From positions 1 through 35,757 of IMG/VR virus record IMGVR_UViG_3300037631_003745: DNA of 35,757 nt. One strand, given 5' to 3'. A model generated the notes under the pieces. That model made no database searches. It saw nothing but the letters and a program-made list of their open reading frames with translations, and was not told where the DNA came from. Below, piece by piece: positions 34,985-35,757 of this stretch; positions within the stretch are counted from its first letter, which is position 1; each line of letters begins with the position of its first letter. Source of the stretch: a virus. Lineage: Duplodnaviria > Caudoviricetes. The position numbers and the translations under genes were made by a program.

Positions 34985-35755
34985 TTAGCCAAGTAACTCA
35001 GCGTCAGGGTTTTGCAACGATCGACGCATTGATCGAATCGAGGTACGACGCTTGAACCCTGTACCCTGATCCTCTTTTGGTGGTTCGACAGACACGAGTC
35101 CCATACGTTGGCGCGCTGCATCGAGGGCCAGAAATGCGGCGTCCGCCAAGTCGGGAGACTTACCCATTCGTGCTTTGTAGTCGGGTTTTGGTTCAACGCG
35201 CACTTTTAAGGAACCACTTTTCACCATGTCGTAACTGCGGGCGCATATCTCCTGCGCTAGTTCCGCGCATATCCCGAACACCTGTTTTGTTCTCATCAGT
35301 TCCTTACCCACGAACCAGAGTTCAGATACACGATTAGCGTACAGGTCTACGCCCGTCATGTGGCTAGTCGAGCTGACCCGCTTCTCTGAAGCCTTACTGC
35401 CGAACGATACTCGCAGAATGTCAGTCGACCACTCACCTGCCAGTACGTCACAAAACGGCGCACCTGCTCCAGTGCTATCGACAGCCAGATTAGACGGCTC
35501 AACCTTGTGCTTACGACAATAGTCAATAACCTGCTTAACGATTTGGTAGGTGCGGGGGACCGCATCGTTGGCGTCATCCATTAGGTGCTTGTAGTCGATG
35601 AACTGGCAGACGTAGTGCCCGTTCTTGGCGTAGCCGACGTCAGCGGTGTAGACTATAGTACGGTCGCCACCATTCGTGAACGAGGGGTCAAGCCCCGCCA
35701 CGCGCGTCGGTGCGGACGCCCATTCAACGGTTCCCATTGCACCACTCTTGGCGAG
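34985..35755 (-). CDS. terL: Terminase large subunit, C-terminal nuclease domain (5' truncated)
   Basis: VAGLDPS...GD.T, AVDSTGAG, YANR.SELW and SPDLADA RNase-H-like motifs; frame open to the window end. Confidence 0.85.
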   Translation of the reverse strand, partial: LAKSGAMGTVEWASAPTRVAGLDPSFTNGGDRTIVYTADVGYAKNGHYVCQFIDYKHLMDDANDAVPRTYQIVKQVIDYCRKHKVEPSNLAVDSTGAGAPFCDVLAGEWSTDILRVSFGSKASEKRVSSTSHMTGVDLYANRVSELWFVGKELMRTKQVFGICAELAQEICARSYDMVKSGSLKVRVEPKPDYKARMGKSPDLADAAFLALDAARQRMGLVSVEPPKEDQGTGFKRRTSIRSMRRSLQNPDAELLG

Positions 35756-35757
35756 GT

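Overview
This window is part of a tailed dsDNA phage genome with podovirus-like organisation; no host genes, tRNAs, CRISPR arrays or integrase are seen. The minus strand carries morphogenesis genes: a partial tail/structural gene, an acidic protein, major capsid (1216-2553), scaffold, portal, a NUMOD4-like protein and a cluster of very basic small proteins. At the right end, also on the minus strand, are the terminase large subunit C-terminus, two Gln-rich putative ejection proteins and a 4085-aa polyvalent virion-type protein. Between them, about 9.3-20.6 kb is a plus-strand 'early' region of small genes: an ADP-ribosyltransferase-fold protein, a Gp88-like Cys-rich protein, a MoxR-type AAA / helical protein / metallopeptidase-vWA trio and others. 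The most unusual signals are non-coding. (1) Nine copies of a 15-bp palindrome RAACTAY-S-RTAGTTY sit at successive early-gene junctions, built into three modular hairpin/promoter architectures. (2) A 141-bp palindrome at 7386-7526 has a ~68-bp core that recurs inverted 27.4 kb away, just after terL. (3) A tandem 28/29-nt motif lies in the capsid leader. (4) Several genes have promoters positioned for leaderless mRNAs. (5) A hairpin-dense divergence zone at about 9.0-9.3 kb may mark the genome terminus. All protein family calls come from motif recognition by eye, not database searches.
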